Source of the DNA: Burkholderiales bacterium
GTDB lineage: Bacteria; Pseudomonadota; Gammaproteobacteria; Burkholderiales; JABEVD01
Length of the DNA stretch: 64,000 bases
NCBI GenBank assembly: GCA_019753155.1
Contig: JAIELG010000017.1
Location: 49,576-113,575, forward strand
Direction: 5' to 3'
Each line of letters opens with the position of its first letter. Position 1 is the first letter of the stretch. The notes under the pieces were generated by a model. That model was given only the letters and a program-made list of their open reading frames with translations. It ran no database searches and was not told where the DNA came from. This document shows positions 63,200 to 64,000 of the stretch, piece after piece. A program made the position numbers and the translations under genes.

Positions 63200-63215
63200 T
63201 GGCACGGTTGTTGCT
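63200..63215 (+). promoter_or_regulatory. Sigma-54 (RpoN) -24/-12 promoter
   Basis: TGGCAC-GGTTG-TTGCT matches the TGGCAC-N5-TTGCW consensus exactly. It lies 44 nt upstream of the PEP-CTERM gene start. Confidence 0.7.
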
Positions 63216-63258
63216 TATATACACCCGAGATCTACATTCATCTTTAGGAACAGAAACC

Positions 63259-63957
63259 ATGAATATGACAATGAAAAAAATATTCACAGGGCTTGCCGCA
63301 GGCGCGCTGCTGGTGTCGTTTGCAGCAACCGCTCATGCCAACCTGGTCACCAACGGCAATTTCGCCACCGGCACTTCGGCGGGATGGACGTTGATAGGCC
63401 CTGCAGTGGCCGTTGTTCCGTATGCAACATGGGGATTACCCGGCACATACGCCGGATCGGCATATGGCGCCGTTTACGGCTTCAGCAACCAGCCTGCTGG
63501 CAGCACCCTTAGACAAGCCATTGCCACGACTGCGGGCACATCTTACACGCTGAGTTTCGATTATGGCTCGGCATCCGTATATACGAATTTCGTACAGTCG
63601 CTCCTTACTACAGTGACCGACACCACCACTTCCGCGAATATCCTTTCGCAGACCGTGTCGACTGCGGGGTCGGGAACCACGCTTAACACGACCTACACCC
63701 TCTTCCCAAGCTATACGTTTACGGCAACGGGTTCTTCGACGACTTTGAGCTTTACTGACGTGAGCGCGGCAACTATTTCCGTGGATGCTTTCCTGACAAA
63801 CGTTTCCGTTATCGCCAGCCCATTATCCAATGGTGGCAATGGCGTTCCGGAGCCGGAAACGCTTTCACTCCTCGGAATAGGCATCATGGGAATAGGAGCG
63901 AACATGCGCCGCAGAAATCGCAACACGAAAAGCATGGGAAAAGTGTCCGAAATTTAA
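63259..63957 (+). CDS. Secreted PEP-CTERM-anchored protein
   Basis: A signal peptide (MNMTMKKIFTGLAAGALLVSFAATAHA) is followed by a Thr/Ser/Gly-rich beta-type domain starting NLVTNGNFATGTSAGW. The C-terminus is VPEPETLSLLGIGIMGIGANMRRRNR (PEP motif + TM + Arg cluster). Start at ATG 63259 rather than track start 63172. Confidence 0.85.
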   Translation: MNMTMKKIFTGLAAGALLVSFAATAHANLVTNGNFATGTSAGWTLIGPAVAVVPYATWGLPGTYAGSAYGAVYGFSNQPAGSTLRQAIATTAGTSYTLSFDYGSASVYTNFVQSLLTTVTDTTTSANILSQTVSTAGSGTTLNTTYTLFPSYTFTATGSSTTLSFTDVSAATISVDAFLTNVSVIASPLSNGGNGVPEPETLSLLGIGIMGIGANMRRRNRNTKSMGKVSEI

Positions 63958-64000
63958 ACACAAGAGGCCCGAGTTTTTTCGAGCAAACAGGCAGCATTTT

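Noticed and set aside
62826-63287. Track ORFs 62826-63068 (80 aa, + strand) and 63081-63287 (68 aa, - strand) in the AT-richer spacer upstream of the PEP-CTERM gene.
   Set aside because: They have no SD, show odd composition (Arg/Ser/Ile-rich), and overlap the predicted sigma-54 promoter/UAS region. They are more likely non-coding regulatory DNA.

Overview
This 64-kb chromosomal window has gene content and synteny typical of a betaproteobacterium (Nitrosomonadales-like by gene order; not verified by search). All calls below were made by eye from the sequence and ORF track.

About 85% is tightly packed housekeeping DNA:
- gph-ubiG-amidohydrolase.
- gyrA followed by an aromatic/serine supraoperon: serC-serA-pheA-hisC-DAHP synthase-osmC-like-tyrA-aroA::cmk-rpsA-ihfB.
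- lapA-lapB-pyrF-rfaE1-hldD.
- rnr-rlmB, tRNA-Leu(CAG), glgP and purA-hisZ.
- hflC-hflK-hflX-hfq, then der-bamB-yfgM-hisS-ispG-rodZ-pilW-rlmN-ndk.
- tilS-accA-dnaQ-rnhA-methyltransferase, and gloB.

Four accessory or irregular patches stand out:
1. The left edge (1-1624) holds a tmRNA gene (tag ANDERFALAA). A truncated IS5-family transposase and a dioxygenase fragment abut its 3' side.
2. A ~7.6-kb patch lies downstream of hldD (22196-29758). It opens with a degraded 2.3-kb islet bracketed by the intact hldD 3' end and a second, diverged copy of that 3' end (44/48 nt). The islet holds a nucleotidyltransferase remnant, an intact YCII-sigma factor pair and a transposase-type HTH remnant.
3. The same patch then carries an orphan three-gene operon (24936-29758), which I consider the best candidate for an undescribed system. 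Its first gene encodes a 1080-aa protein with two LamG-like domains, a 4-5-helix hydrophobic block and a C-terminal domain with a transglutaminase-like Cys/His/Asp pattern. Two translationally coupled proteins of unknown function follow.
4. The right end (56904-63957) is an exopolysaccharide / PEP-CTERM patch. It includes a glycosyltransferase carrying G10 and C8 homopolymer tracts, and a PEP-CTERM gene preceded by a perfect sigma-54 promoter match.

No CRISPR array, rRNA or intact integrase was seen.
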